This document shows positions 13,703 to 30,326 of a DNA stretch of 64,000 nt, piece by piece. Position 1 is the stretch's first letter. Each line of letters opens with the position of its first letter. The translations under genes and the position numbers were made by a program. Source of the stretch: the human T2T-CHM13v2.0 reference genome, Homo sapiens; NCBI RefSeq assembly GCF_009914755.1, contig NC_060929.1; one strand, given 5' to 3'. The notes beneath the pieces were generated by a model. The model was not told the origin of the DNA, searched no databases, and was given only the letters and a program-made list of their open reading frames with translations.

Positions 13703-14644
13703 AAAAACAAATATTTAAAGAATGATATGTCTATCTCTGTCCTCACTAATATTTAACCTCTATCCTATCACTTGAAAGCAAGAACAATGAGAAAGAGAAA
13801 CAAAAGATAAATGAGAACTGATGAACAGAGAACATTCCTGATTCCTAAGAAGCAAGTAAGAGTGCAGTGTACGCCAAAAGCTTGTCTTAATGTAAAACTA
13901 AATTGTTTAACCCTGCTCCCTTGAACTAATGACTGAGAAAATCAAGTCTGTCATGATGTATGACAAGACATGGTCTTCAGGACAACATCTGCTTTTGGCC
14001 TTCACTCATACCTCATTGACACTAGGGTACTGAAAACTAGGGCTAATACTGATCATTGCCATGGACAGTAGGATAATCTTAACAAACACCATTTCAGAGA
14101 CTGGCAATTTCTAAAACTCCTTTGTAACTATATTAAATGTTTGAATTTTCTGTCCTTTCTCTTTTCCAGGGGAGACATATATAATTCATAAAATAGCTAC
14201 TGGAGGTATTAGAACAAATATGATGAAAATTGAGTATTCTGGAATACACTAAACAGGTAATCAGATCTTGAATAATCAAAAGTTGATTTTTAAAACCACG
14301 CCCCTTGTTTCTCTTAAATCTGTTGTTAAATTCTATAACCCCTTAAAGAATCTTTAAACATGGAACTACATATTGAACAAAATCATGTATTCCCTTAAAG
14401 TGATGCATTTATTATGTGAAATCCTCTCTATATATTTTCTCTTGATAATTTCAGTGATAGATTATCATTTTAATTCTAATTTTCTCAGATATTAAATAAA
14501 GCTTCAATCAACAAGATTGAATCTATAATACATTCATATTTATTCATCTATACCTGTATTTGAATAACATATTTTGTTTGAACATTTTCAACAAATTTGG
14601 AGGGTATATCTGGAGTACTGCTAAATAGCCTACTCAAAATTTAC

Positions 14645-15043
14645 TGAGACAGAGAGAGCTGGTGCTCATAATTATCCATATTCTTCTCTTATTCCTGGGT
14701 ATAAGGCTAGAATACATTTTCCAGTCTCCATTGCAGTTAGGTGTAACCAGATGACTGAGTTTAGTTCAATGGAATGTGAAGAAAAGAGATGTGCACAGTT
14801 CCAGGCCCAGCTTATAAAATTGTATCTCATGTAATTCCCTAATCCTGAATGAAGAGGACTCCAAGAAATGAGAAACAGATAAAGCTACACAAATGGAAGG
14901 AACTTGGCTTCTGGAAGGCATGGAACAAGGACCTCGCAGACTGCAAGGATGTATATAAGCAATAAATAAGATTTTATTGTGATATACTACTGTGGTTTTA
15001 GAGATTGTTAAATGGACAAGAATTACTAGAACTGACTAACACA
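14645..15043 (+). mobile_element. Old MaLR LTR (MLT1I/J-like)
   Basis: cattttccagtctccattgcagttaggtgtaacc...aatggaatgtgaagaaa; ends ctgactaacaca. Confidence 0.65.
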
Positions 15044-15811
15044 GGTTTGGCTATTTTTTTTTCTTTTGTAAGGAGTAGAGTAGCACATAATTATAAAGAT
15101 TTCAATGAATTATGTTGAGAAACTTTTATTATTTGAATTCTGGTCTAATTTAATAAATCTGGGTCCCAAATACTCATTAATTCCTCATGATCTGAATGCC
15201 ACTCCAAGGATACACAATCTTAGTGTCATATCAGCAAGAGCTGGGAAGGTGAGAGAGGAGAGGAAAGAGTCTAAAAATCTCTCTATAGGGAATTCTTATT
15301 TGAAAGCCAGTCTAAAAACAAAGGTTTTTTTTATTTGTTTGTTTGTTTGTTTTTGAGCCAGTTGTAGCAATGTCCTATGTGAGGAACACTTGGGGGCCCA
15401 CTGAGAGAGGTACAATGTCAAAGGAAAAACAAGGTGAAGAATCAATGTGAAAGAAATTTCAACAACCAAAGAGATAGTAATTTTTAAACAGCTATATCCA
15501 ACGTGTTATATATGCTGTGATTGCCTTCGCAGAGGTCACTGAAACCAAAGTCCAGCTCAGGGGACATTTGATTGCTGATTCAAAAGGATGCATCATAAGA
15601 TTAAGATGTTATGTACAAATCAAGAAATGGTTCCAAAACAAGAAATTAAGTATGCTGAGAAATTCAGTATCTGTTGACTATCTGAGATTTTTCAATCAAT
15701 CCCTAAAACAGAATGGTGAACATAAGGTTGTAACCAATTCCACTGCTAAATCATTTCAGAATTGTTAAAAATTCCTGTTAATGTGGAAAACTCTAGTACT
15801 TAAATATTTAA

Positions 15812-17180
15812 AAGTATTGTGCGGTTGTCTAAATCTCTTCACAGATCTCTAAGAACTTGTTTTATGAATCTGGGTGCCTCAGTATTGGGTGCCTACATAT
15901 TTAGGATAGTTAGCTCTTCTTTAGGATTGAATCCTTTATCATTATGCAATGTCTTTCTTTGTCCTTTCTGATCACTCTTGTTTTAAAGTCTTTTTTATCT
16001 AATACAAAAATAGCAACTCTTGCTCTTTTTTGTTTTCTGTTTGCATGATAGATCTTTCTCCATCCCTTTACTTTGAGTCTATAGGTGTAGTTACTGGTGA
16101 GATGGGTCTCTTGAAGACAGCAGACAATTGGGTCATGGTTCTTTATCCAGCTTGTACCTAGCCTTTTAAGTGGGGCATTTAGCCCATTCACATTCAAGGC
16201 CAATATTGATATGTTAGGATTTGATTCTGTCATCATGTTGTTAGCTGGTTATTATGTAGACTTGATTGTGCAGTTACTTTATATTGACAATGGGCTATGT
16301 ATTCAAGTGTTTTTTGGTGGCAAGTACTGTTCTTTTATTTCCATGTTTAGTACTCCCTTTAAGACCGCTTGTAAGGCAAATCTAGCGGTAATATATTCCC
16401 TGAGCATTTGCTTATCTGAAAGGAATTTAATTTTCCTTTGCTTATGAAGCATTGGTGAGATATGAAATTCTTGGTTGGAATTTCTTTTCTTTAAGAATGC
16501 TGAAAATAGGCCCCCAATCTCTTCTGACTTGTAAGGTTTCTGAAGATCTGATGTTAGCCTGATGGAGCTCCCTTTGTAAGCGACCTGCCTCTTCCATCTA
16601 GCTGCCTTTAACATTTTTCTTTCACAATAACCTTGAAGAATCTGATGACTATACATCTTGGGGATGGTTGTCTTGTATAGTATCACACAGGGGATCTCTG
16701 AATTTCTTGAATTTGTATGTTGACCTCTCTAGCAAATTGGGAAAATTTTCATGAACTATATTCTCAAATATGTTTTCCAAGTTGTTTGCTCTTTCTCCTC
16801 TTTCAGGAATGGCAATGAGTCACAGATTTGGTCTCTTTATACAATCCCATATTGCTTGGAGGTTTTGTTCATTTCTTTACATTCTTTTCATTTTTGTTTG
16901 CCTGTATTGTTTTGAAGGAGCGGTCTTCAAGCTCTCAGATTCTTTCCTCTGCTTGGTCTACTCTGTTGTTTTTGCTTCCAATTGTACTTTGAAACTCCTG
17001 TAGTAAATTCCTCATCTTTGAAATTTCAGTTTGCTTCATTCTTAAAATGGTTATGTCATCTTTTAACTCTTGGATCGTTTTACTGTTTTGCTTGGATTGG
17101 GTTTCAACTTGTTTTATGTCTTGATGAACTTCCTTGCCATCCAATTCTGAATTCTATGTCTAACATTTCAGACATTAACC
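15812..17180 (-). mobile_element. L1P/L1PB-type internal fragment (ORF1 and ORF2 endonuclease region), disrupted
   Basis: ORF 15910-16236 is the L1 EN N-terminus (ISILALNVNGLNAPLKR...CCLQETHL); ORFs 16303-16686 and 16935-17144 are ORF1p pieces; frameshifts and stops. Confidence 0.9.
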
Positions 17181-17494
17181 TGAAATTGTGACACTGTGTT
17201 TTCCATGGAGTATAATAAAGGAAAAACTCCTATTCCTGAATGACTCTGAATCCCTAGAACTATTCCCCTTTGCCTCCATAGATTGTCAGTTCCCAGTGAA
17301 CATCTGTTCCATATCCTTTCATAAAAAGGATATGGAAATACAGATGTTGTTTTGCAATTAAGCTGCTTCTTGTTTATATAGCAAAGATTCACACAAGGTG
17401 CTCCAGATAATATAGTGATAATGTGGCATATAAAGTTTTGTTAAAACTTTTTAAATTATTGCAATTATAGAAAAATTTAACAATGTTAATGCCA

Positions 17495-18530
<1,036 letters not shown>

Positions 18531-18922
18531 CAAAGTTACTCCTTCAATATAGTAGAGAATGTTAGCTCCTTGACTAGTAAATTTTTATTACAATTTTCTA
18601 GGAATTTTAAAATTTATATTTAACTTATATATACATAATGGGACTGTTACATAATGAGATTGAACAATTCTAAAACTGATTTAGTTACTTTGTAGTCATA
18701 ATGAATCTCTATTTGTATTGACTCATTTTATTTAAGTAAAAATAATTCATAGAAGAGTGGACAAAATACCTTCTTGTTTTATTTAACACAAAAATTTAAA
18801 TCAGTTACATATTTTTGCTTGTGTATATGTCGTGTGTATAGTCATAAGACAAGCAAATATTCAACAGTATAACACTTGTGTGGTGAGCATTGAAATAGCA
18901 AGAGTTCTAACCTCACAAAATC

Positions 18923-19226
18923 AGCTGGGCATGGTGCTCACAGCTAGAATCCCAGCACTTTGGGAGGTCGAGGTGGGTAAATCACCTGAAGTCAGGAGTT
19001 TGAGACTAGCCTGGCCAACATGGTGAAACCTCATCTCTACCAAAAATACAAAGATTAGCCGAGCATGGTGGCACACAGCTGTAATCCCAGCTACTCGGGA
19101 GGCTGAGTGAGGCAGAAGAATTGCTTGAACCTAGGAGGTGGAAGTTGCAGTGAGCTGAGATCGCACTACTACACTCCAGCCTGGGCAAGACAGTGAGACT
19201 CTGTCTCAAAAAAAAAAAAAAAAAAA
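18923..19226 (+). mobile_element. Alu, AluSx-like
   Basis: Full Alu with A-tail; aaaatc(a) on both flanks. Confidence 0.92.
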
Positions 19227-19394
19227 TCATTTGCAAAATGGTACTTATTTCCCTGGTTGCATTTAAAATGGCAAAATTTAACACTCATTCAAATCACTGT
19301 TTAAATACAACCCAATCATAAATGTAATAGATAATTGATGACCTATATTATTACCATATGCCAAAAAAGTTGAGAAAGCACTTATTAGTATTAT

Positions 19395-19720
19395 TATATT
19401 ATATATTGACAAACCATGATTGTATATATTTATGGGGTACAAAGTGAGGCTATTATTTTTAATGCAATATGAAATAATTAAATCAAGCTAATTAACCTAT
19501 CCATCACCTGGAATATTTGGCATTTTTTTGTCATAAGATTGAGATCTACTCTCAAGATATTGAAATGTACAGTAATCAATTATTAGCTATATTTACCATT
19601 ATGTGCAATAGATCTAAAAAATCATAATCATTCTTTTTATCTAATTGTGGCTTTTTACCCTTTGATTATCATCCCCATTCCTCCCACCTCCCAGCCTCTG
19701 GTAACCAGCATTCTATTGTT
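19395..19720 (-). mobile_element. L1MA-type 3' end
   Basis: ttgtatatatttatggggtacaa...aatcaagctaattaacctatccatcacc...ccagcctctggtaacca. Confidence 0.75.
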
Positions 19721-21702
19721 TTGAGGAAGCACTTCTTAAAACAATAACATAGAAAATATTTCCTCTTTAGTGGCAAAAATTTGAGATTTTTCACATTAGA
19801 AATTATCAGTATATAGAATAAGTTCATAGAAAAGCATTTTAATAAATTTAGAATATTTATAAAATAATCCGATGAATAGGGTACATGTGTTAGAGTCACT
19901 ACTGGGCAGTTTAAAAACTGTTTGCTTGTTTTACAAAATCAACTAGAATGAGGTGGGAAGTTATGCTTATCACCAAGGGGAAGAGCTATCTAAGATTAGA
20001 AGTCATGTTTGCCTTGGAAAAAATGTCAAGCTGCCATTATACGCTGACTAAAATGAAATATTTTGTCTACGTGGTATTTTTCTATGTTTTGTATGAAAAT
20101 AAACACAGCAGCTCTGAGAAATAATTACACAATTATTCTGTAGTCTTTGATTTACACTAAGTAGTTAATAAAACTAGTCTTGAAATGTCTTTACTGTCAG
20201 TGGTGTAGTTCTCCGATTTTAATCTTTCTGCTAAATGTTTTATGTTATTTCTCATTCCAGTTCATGATGTTATCACTATTTCTGATAAAGGTTTCCTCAG
20301 ACTAAGGAAATCAGGTCAACTCATTTATGCTATCCATAAATGCATTGGATCTGGGCATCTATTTGATCAAATAAAAACAACCAAAGTAGTTGAAATTCTG
20401 AACTGAGTCAAGGTTGAAGCCACACACTATCAGGTTTTTGTTGTGGTGGTCCATAATTCCAATATTTCCATGTCTTTCTTCAGTGGGAGATAATACATCT
20501 AAAAACTGTTGAGAAAAATGTTTTTCTTCTACTCACAGAATAATACATTTAAACACACAGACATATTTAAAGCTGATTTAAAAAACATTTTAATAAACAG
20601 CTTTTTAATTGTATCTTTGCACAGGTCAATAAACAGATAAACACAGACAAATATTGCCTTACAATTATGTGTATGGCTCAATCTTAGCTTTTTTTCTGTT
20701 TTCCAAATATGACTGCCCTCCTACCTATCATTTCACTTAAAGTGATATAAAAAAGGGTCCAGGATAAGAAGAAAGCTCAAATGATTTCAGTTATTGGATG
20801 AGAACAAAAATAAAATTACTATCGAAAAACATCTATAGAGAACATATCATCCCTTGAAGTGACTAAGAAAAAGTCATGAAGAGAAAATTATCTATTGAAA
20901 TCTCATGTTAAATAATCAGTAATTACTAAATATAGACTAGTCTCCTTACAGATACTCTTAAGAGCTCCAAGAGACTAAGAAACCTCAAAAGGAAAATTGT
21001 TACTCTAATTAATTTGTTCAGGATACATTCCTTCTTAATGTAACTTGGCTACTTCTGTCTTACCACATTATAACATATAACATTTACAGAAAGCAAAGCA
21101 CAGAGTAAATTCAGGGTCATTGCGTAAATTACAACCTTGCTGAATGCCCCTTCAATGAAATGGGTTGAGGGGAGAAAATGCTAATGGTTTTAAACAGTAG
21201 GCTTCTCTTCAAGATAACTCAAATTCCAATTAATAAATCATTTATATGAGCTCAAATCTTAGCTTTCAGTAGAAGAAAGATAAACTGATCCTGAAAGCAG
21301 GCAGTCTCAGGGAGGAAAAAATCAAGTTTCTTTATTATGCTTCTAAATAAGCAACAGTCAAGAAGTATAGCAAAGCCTACAAAGCTAACAACAACAACAA
21401 AAAATGGCAAAGCTAAATCAAGAGTCACTGATACACGCGAACCTTCCCCCTGAGATTTCTTTCCAGGATAATATATTCATGAGAAACACATTTTCTTCTA
21501 GTAAGAGATTAAGTCATGGGGGAAACCTTTCCCCATCTCCTTCAATATTTAATGATGCTAAGAAAATATACTGAATGGAATGGTTTGCATTTCATAATGC
21601 CATCAAAGCTATCATTTCAAGTCTAACATGGTGGTAGATGCCCATAGATTTGTGTTCAACTTTTCATATAAGAAACTTCTAGATGTGGTACACTTATTAT
21701 AA

Positions 21703-22091
<389 letters not shown>

Positions 22092-22364
22092 CCAGTGTCT
22101 TTCAATCTGTACATTTCAGGTAGTGTTTACATTATCAGCCAGCTCTTTGAGCAAATACTTAAAAGATTGTGTATACACAATCTTGCTTTGCATTTAGTGT
22201 GAACTGGACTACACAAATAAGGCCTATGTTAATAGCAGGAAAGAAAAATGGCCCAAACTGCTTTACTTTCTAATTGTTCAGTGTCAAACTGTGTAGCAGA
22301 ATAGAAGTTTTAATTATGTAATTATTTTTCTGCATTAGGCTCTTATTCTTGAAAATGACAGCTA

Positions 22365-22740
22365 TCAATGAAACACAAGACAGAGTCCAGAAATAGATAG
22401 GGGTAATATGGAATGTAATATATGGCTAAGATCTCTAATTCAGAGAGAAAAAAACTGTTTATTTAACAAATGATGCTGGAATAAATGGCTATCCAATTAA
22501 AAGAAAACAAAGGCATACCCGTCTCACATTACTGACAAAAAGAATCTCACACACATTATATATTTAAAAGAAAAATAAAATAATGGAAAAAATTAGGGGA
22601 ATAGTTTTGATGTTGATGTAGGGGAGATCTTTCTAAACAACATAAGTAACAAGGAAATATGAAAAAGGAGAGTTTACTTAAAACTTTAAAGCATTGAGGG
22701 AAAAAGACACCATAACAAAGATATGACTAAGACAAAGGGC
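22365..22740 (+). mobile_element. Ancient L1M ORF2 fragment
   Basis: agagtccagaaatag...aacaaatgatgctggaataaatggctatcca. Confidence 0.55.
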
Positions 22741-22962
22741 CTTTTGTGGTATCATTATGTCCGACTGTTGGGAGAGAAAAGGGAGTAGGAAATAGTGCCT
22801 TCTGTCTTCATCTTTCCATGCTATCTGCTAAGAAGTGTATCATCCTGACTGTCTTTATTTGTAGACGTATACTCTTTAGAGCTGCATTGCTACTCACAGA
22901 GGACAGCAAGGTCTAGCCAGGTCTGACTATTACAGTTGCAGCTACTTCCATACAATCTAAGT

Positions 22963-23080
22963 AGGGAGACAGAATAATGGCTCCCACAAATATATCTACA
23001 TCATAACTCCTGGAACCTGTGAATGAATATGGCACCTAACACAGCAAAAATAATTTTGCAAATATTATTGTTATGGATTT
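22963..23080 (+). mobile_element. MLT1C/D-like LTR 5' fragment
   Basis: agacagaataatggctccc...aactcctggaacctgtgaat...ttttgcaaat. Confidence 0.55.
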
Positions 23081-23084
23081 TAAA

Positions 23085-24368
23085 AATTAAGAGATAATTT
23101 ATGCACTATAAAATTCATCATTTTAAAGGGCATAATTAAGTAATTTTTAGTTTATTCGGAGTTGTGCCACCATTACCGCAATCAATTTTGGAACATTTTT
23201 ATTTCCCTAAAAATAAACTCCATATACATTAGCTGTCACTCTCCATTTTCCTCGAACTCTCTCAGTTTCTAGTAATCATTAATCTACTCTCAGTCTCTAT
23301 GGATTTGCCTATATTGAATTTACCATACAGTATGGGGTCCTTTGTGACTGGCTTCTTTCACTTAGCATAAAGTTTCAAGGTTCATCTACGTTGTAGTATA
23401 CGTCAGTACTTCATTCCTTTCTATTGCCAAATAATATTCCATTTTGTGGTTATGCCATATTTGATTTATTTATCAGTTGATGGACATTTGGGTTGTTTCC
23501 ACTTTATGGCTATAATAAATAATGCTGTTATAACATTTATGAATAAGTTTTTGATATGTTTTAGATATCGAAGTTTAGATATGGTTTGAGATTTGAAGAT
23601 ATGTTTAATTTATCTTGGGTATAACCTGGGAGTGGAATTACTGGGTCATATGGTAACTCTATGTTTATGGCAAACTGTGTTCCAAAGAGGCCAAACCATT
23701 TTACATCGCCACTAGCAATGTAATGAAGATTCCAATTTCTCCATATCCTCACCAACACTTGCTATTATCTATCTTCTTGATTATTGCCAACCTAGTGGGT
23801 GTGAAGTACTATCTCATGATTTTGGTATGCGTTTCCCTAATAGTTAACGATGTTGAGCATGTTTTCACATGCTTATTGTCCATTTGCGTTATCTTGTTTG
23901 GAGCAATAGGTATTCGGATCCTTTATTCATTTTAATTGGGTTATTTGTCTTTATTGTTGAGTTACATGCATTCTTTATATGTTCTGGATACAAGCCTCTC
24001 ATCAAATATATGAAACAAAAATATTTTCACATTCTTGATGGGTATTTGAAGCACAAGTCTTTAATTTTGATGAAGTCTGATTTATATGTTTTTCTTTTTT
24101 TCACTTGTGCATTTGTATTGTACCTAAAAATGCTTTACTTAACTCAAGGTCATAAAGATTTTCTCCCATGCTTTCTTCAAATGTTTTTGTAGTCTTAGCT
24201 CTTATATTTAGGTCTATGATGCAACTGGAGTAATTTTTGTGCATAGTATAAAGAAGAAGTAAAATTCTAATCTTTTGCAGATGGATATGAAGCTGTCATA
24301 ACACCATTTGTTGACAAGATGGATCCTTCTCTATTAAATTATCTTGTCACCCTTGTCAAAAAACAAAT
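23085..24368 (-). mobile_element. L1MB-type 3' fragment
   Basis: gagataattt...aaaattcatcattttaaag...gactggcttctttcacttagcata; ORF 23561-23758 resembles the decayed ORF2 C-terminus (IELPYDPVIPL). Confidence 0.85.
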
Positions 24369-25186
24369 TAGTTACATCTACATATTAAGAAAGCACTTCC
24401 AATGACACACTGTTAAGTGAGGAAAATAAGTTATAGAATAATGTGCATATTGTCTCATTTTAATAAAAACAGACACTAACTTTCTATACATGTGTATATA
24501 CATTTATATTTGTGTTTGTATACATGCAGGGTATGACATACTTATAGGGCTTGTCTCATTTATAGCTTCTACGGAGATGCATTCCTGATTTTTTATCTTG
24601 GTGGTGGTTTTATTTTCTTCAGATCTCCTAAATTCCCATGAAGCCCTAACCATAGTCTGTGGAGCTCCTGTCTATGCAATTGTTGGTCACTTCTTCCCAG
24701 TTATGGAGATGTTTATAACGCCCTTCGCAATGTCAAAGAGTTTTCATCTATGTCTAAAAGCCTGCTGAACTTTATTATCTGGCCTCTCGTATATTTCCTT
24801 TTGGGTGCCCTCTCACCTCTAGCCAACAGCAACCTTCATTTTCACAAATAACAACACTTTTTTTTAGCACTCTTGCTGTACTTCCAGTCAAATTACTTGC
24901 ATGCTTTTTATTAGGCATTTGGGGCCTAAACTTTTCACCTGAACATAAATTAATGGCAGAAAGATAGATCATGTTAAAAATAAAAAGGTTTACAATTTTT
25001 TTAAGGAAAAGAATTGGTTTAGTGGCAATCATGTAAACTGAAGAAAGCAGAGAATGGAACACTAGTATTTACAAGTGTAAAACTAGGCAACAGTATGGAC
25101 TAGTCACTCTTATCAAATATGATCCTTTGATAGGGCTCTCTGGGTTATACTGGGTGACCCACCATGAGAAAAATACATATACTGTA

Positions 25187-25559
25187 TGCTGTAGTCTGAA
25201 TATCTGTGCCCGCCCCTTAACCCCCAATTTGTATGTTGAAAACTAATTCCCAGTGTCAGGGTGTTTGGAAGTGGGGGATTTTGGAGGTGATTAGTTCATA
25301 AAGGCAGAGCCCTCATGAATAGGACTAGTGCCCTTATAAAAGGGGCCCCAGAGAGATCTCTCTCCACTTCTACCATGTGATAACAGAAAGAAAAGACTGC
25401 TGTCTATGAGCCAGGGAGGGGCCCTCACCAGACCCCAGATCTGCCAGCGCCTTGATTGTGAACTTCTCAGCCTTCAGAATTGTGAGAAATAAATTTCTGT
25501 TGTTTATAAGCCGCCCAGTCTATAGGATTCTATCACAGCAGCTCTAACAGACTAAGACT
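25187..25559 (+). mobile_element. MaLR solo LTR, MLT1A0-like
   Basis: tgctgtagtctgaat...gaattgtgagaaataaatttctgttgtttataagcc...gactaagac. Confidence 0.8.
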
Positions 25560-26060
25560 TACTATACATTTGGTACTGCAATGGGTCTATCTATCTAGCT
25601 ACTAAACCACTTTGGTTAGTAACCAACTTCATACATTATTCAAAGACAGTAAGAGCAGGAACTTATTGATCTGCAAATTGCAAACTGTTTAATGATTAAC
25701 TCGTAATAGCTATTCAATAAACTATATAACTATTTGGCAAATAGCCTTTATATCGCCCAAATAATGAATTAACTATCTTTTGGTGAAAGCCACACATGAA
25801 ATACCCAACCTGTGTGGGCATAGGCTAAGATTGTACGTATTCTCCCTAGCACTAAAACAGTAAACTCTCTGTGTTAAATAGTTCCTATTAAAAATAAACC
25901 CATTTATAACCTACTGCTGATTCAGTAATTCTTATCTTTCATTGCTGAGTTGTATTTCCAAAATAATATTCTGCTACCATGCAGTCATCTTTACTCACAA
26001 TAATGTTGTGAATCAGTTGTCTACAAGAAAAAGTAACTGTTCAAGTAAATTTGTCCACTG

Positions 26061-26061
<1 letters not shown>

Positions 26062-26097
<36 letters not shown>
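26062..26097. repeat. (CA)18 microsatellite
   Basis: Perfect CA run, 36 bp. Confidence 0.97.
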
Positions 26098-26099
<2 letters not shown>

Positions 26100-26319
26100 T
26101 TTGAGTTAGAACTTAGCATCTAAGAAACAAATAACCTACGAAAAATCACCAAATTTCCCATTTTCTAACATATCAAGATAAAAGAATAAAAACCAAGTCA
26201 ATATGGAAGAGGGTTTCACCTGCTTAGCACTCACTAAATGATGCTTACTTATCCTCTGGCTCCTAGATTTGTTACAGCAGAGGTCAACAAAACTGCTTGC
26301 TCTGATTCAACTTAGAAAT

Positions 26320-26700
26320 CTGATAAACAGGTATTAGGTAACAGGAAACACAAAAGCAAAGATATACTCACTACTTTCAAGTTTATTTGGGAGACAAGTA
26401 CACGCTGAGAACTGGATCAAACGGGTGAACACAGTGATGTGGAAGCAAAAAGTAGAAAGTGATTTAGTTTATCTGAGTTAGGAGTAGGGAAAGTGGAATC
26501 ATGGAAAGTTCTCAGAATAGATAGCATTTAAGCTAGACCTTACCTTTCAAGATGAGTAATATTTCACCCAGAGGAGAGAGAAGGCAAGGACATTTCAAAT
26601 AATGAAGACAGTAAGAGAAAAAATATAGAAATACAAAATTACATGATATATTCACAGAATCCCAAATGAAGAGCCAGTGTATATTTATGACAGTGCTATA
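26320..26700 (-). mobile_element. L2 relic
   Basis: Purine-rich L2 antisense motifs (ggaaagttctcagaatagatagcatttaagctagacct...ggcaaggacatttca). Confidence 0.45.
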
Positions 26701-27144
26701 TGGGAAAAGACAGTGGAATTTTTCTGGGAAGTATTCAGTTCATCATTAGAATCATCAATGTGTTATGTAATTTATCTCTGACCTGTCCTTATGCACCAAT
26801 GAACCTGGCAAAAGGCAGAATTGAGACACGGAGCAAAACTGGAGCAAGAGGCACCTCTGGATGCACTGAGTGCACTACTGGGACCAAGACAACTCAGTGA
26901 GTGACCCTGGTAGGAGGCCTGGAGTGGCAACAGAGGGGAGAAAACACAGAAAGAAAGCAAAATGGATCTTAGGGGTTCATGGAGGGTAACACAAGCAGTC
27001 CCTTGGCCACTTGCCCTACTAAAAATAGAAGCATCACTAGAGACATTTGACAAAATGCCAATGACCCTGACCTCAGAATTGAGGGAAGAATCCTTCAGTT
27101 AGAAATGTTTGGAGTCAAGGGTGAATAATTTGGTTCTGATGAGA

Positions 27145-27375
27145 GGCAATATAATTTAGTAGTAAGAGTTTAGGCTCTTTAAAAAAAAAAGAGTTTAGGC
27201 TCTGGAAATTGACTGCTTGTTTTCAGGCTACCACTTCCTGTTGGACCTTGGACAAGCTACTGAATCTGTATTTACCTTGGTTTCTTCATTTCCAAAATGA
27301 GGAAAATAATAGTGTCTACCTCATAGAATTGCTATTTAGAGAGTTAATTAATATATGTAAAGTGCCTAGAACTTT
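27145..27375 (+). mobile_element. MIR
   Basis: gaccttggacaagctactgaatct...tttcttcatttccaaaatgaggaaaataatagt...ctacctcatag. Confidence 0.75.
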
Positions 27376-27384
27376 AAATATTGG

Positions 27385-28040
<656 letters not shown>

Positions 28041-28459
28041 ACCTGGCAAATCTCTCAGTAAATTTTAGTTAGCAGTCATTACTATATTTTACGTTGGAGC
28101 TGGGATACGATAGTCACCTTGCTTCCTTTCATAATCCCAAGAAATATTGATTCTGGGCTGACTACAGATTCTCTATTGAGAAACTCCTCTGTTGGAGCAA
28201 GAGAGTTCATAGTCAGTTGTATCAATCTTAGGCCTTTTAGGATTGTCTGCTTCTATTTGGAATTGCTTACAGGCCTACCTCATTTTATTGTACTTTGCCT
28301 TATTGTGCTTTGCAGATACTGACTGGCTGTTTCCCTTCTCTCTCCCTCTCCTCAGGTTTCCCTATTCCTTGAGACACCACAGTATTGAAATTAGGCCAGT
28401 TAATAACCCTACTTTGGCCTCTAAGTGTTCACATGAAAGGAAGTGTTTTATGTCTCTCA

Positions 28460-30297
<1,838 letters not shown>

Positions 30298-30326
30298 AAA
30301 TTGCCACAGCCACCCTAACCTTTAGC

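Noticed and set aside
15910-17144. L1 endonuclease and ORF1 ORFs as a functional retroelement or domesticated gene
   Set aside because: The element is fragmentary, frameshifted and lacks the RT domain and both ends.
20257-20354. tRNA or C/D-box snoRNA call for the cloverleaf-like fold
   Set aside because: There is no TTCRA T-loop and no A/B boxes. The C-box-like ATGATGT is imperfect and too close to CTGA, with no terminal D box. It is kept only as a structural observation.
24550-24860. Possible coding exon or processed pseudogene fragment
   Set aside because: One plus frame stays open for ~55 codons, but it resembles no protein I recognise and has no clear splice pair, tail or TSD.
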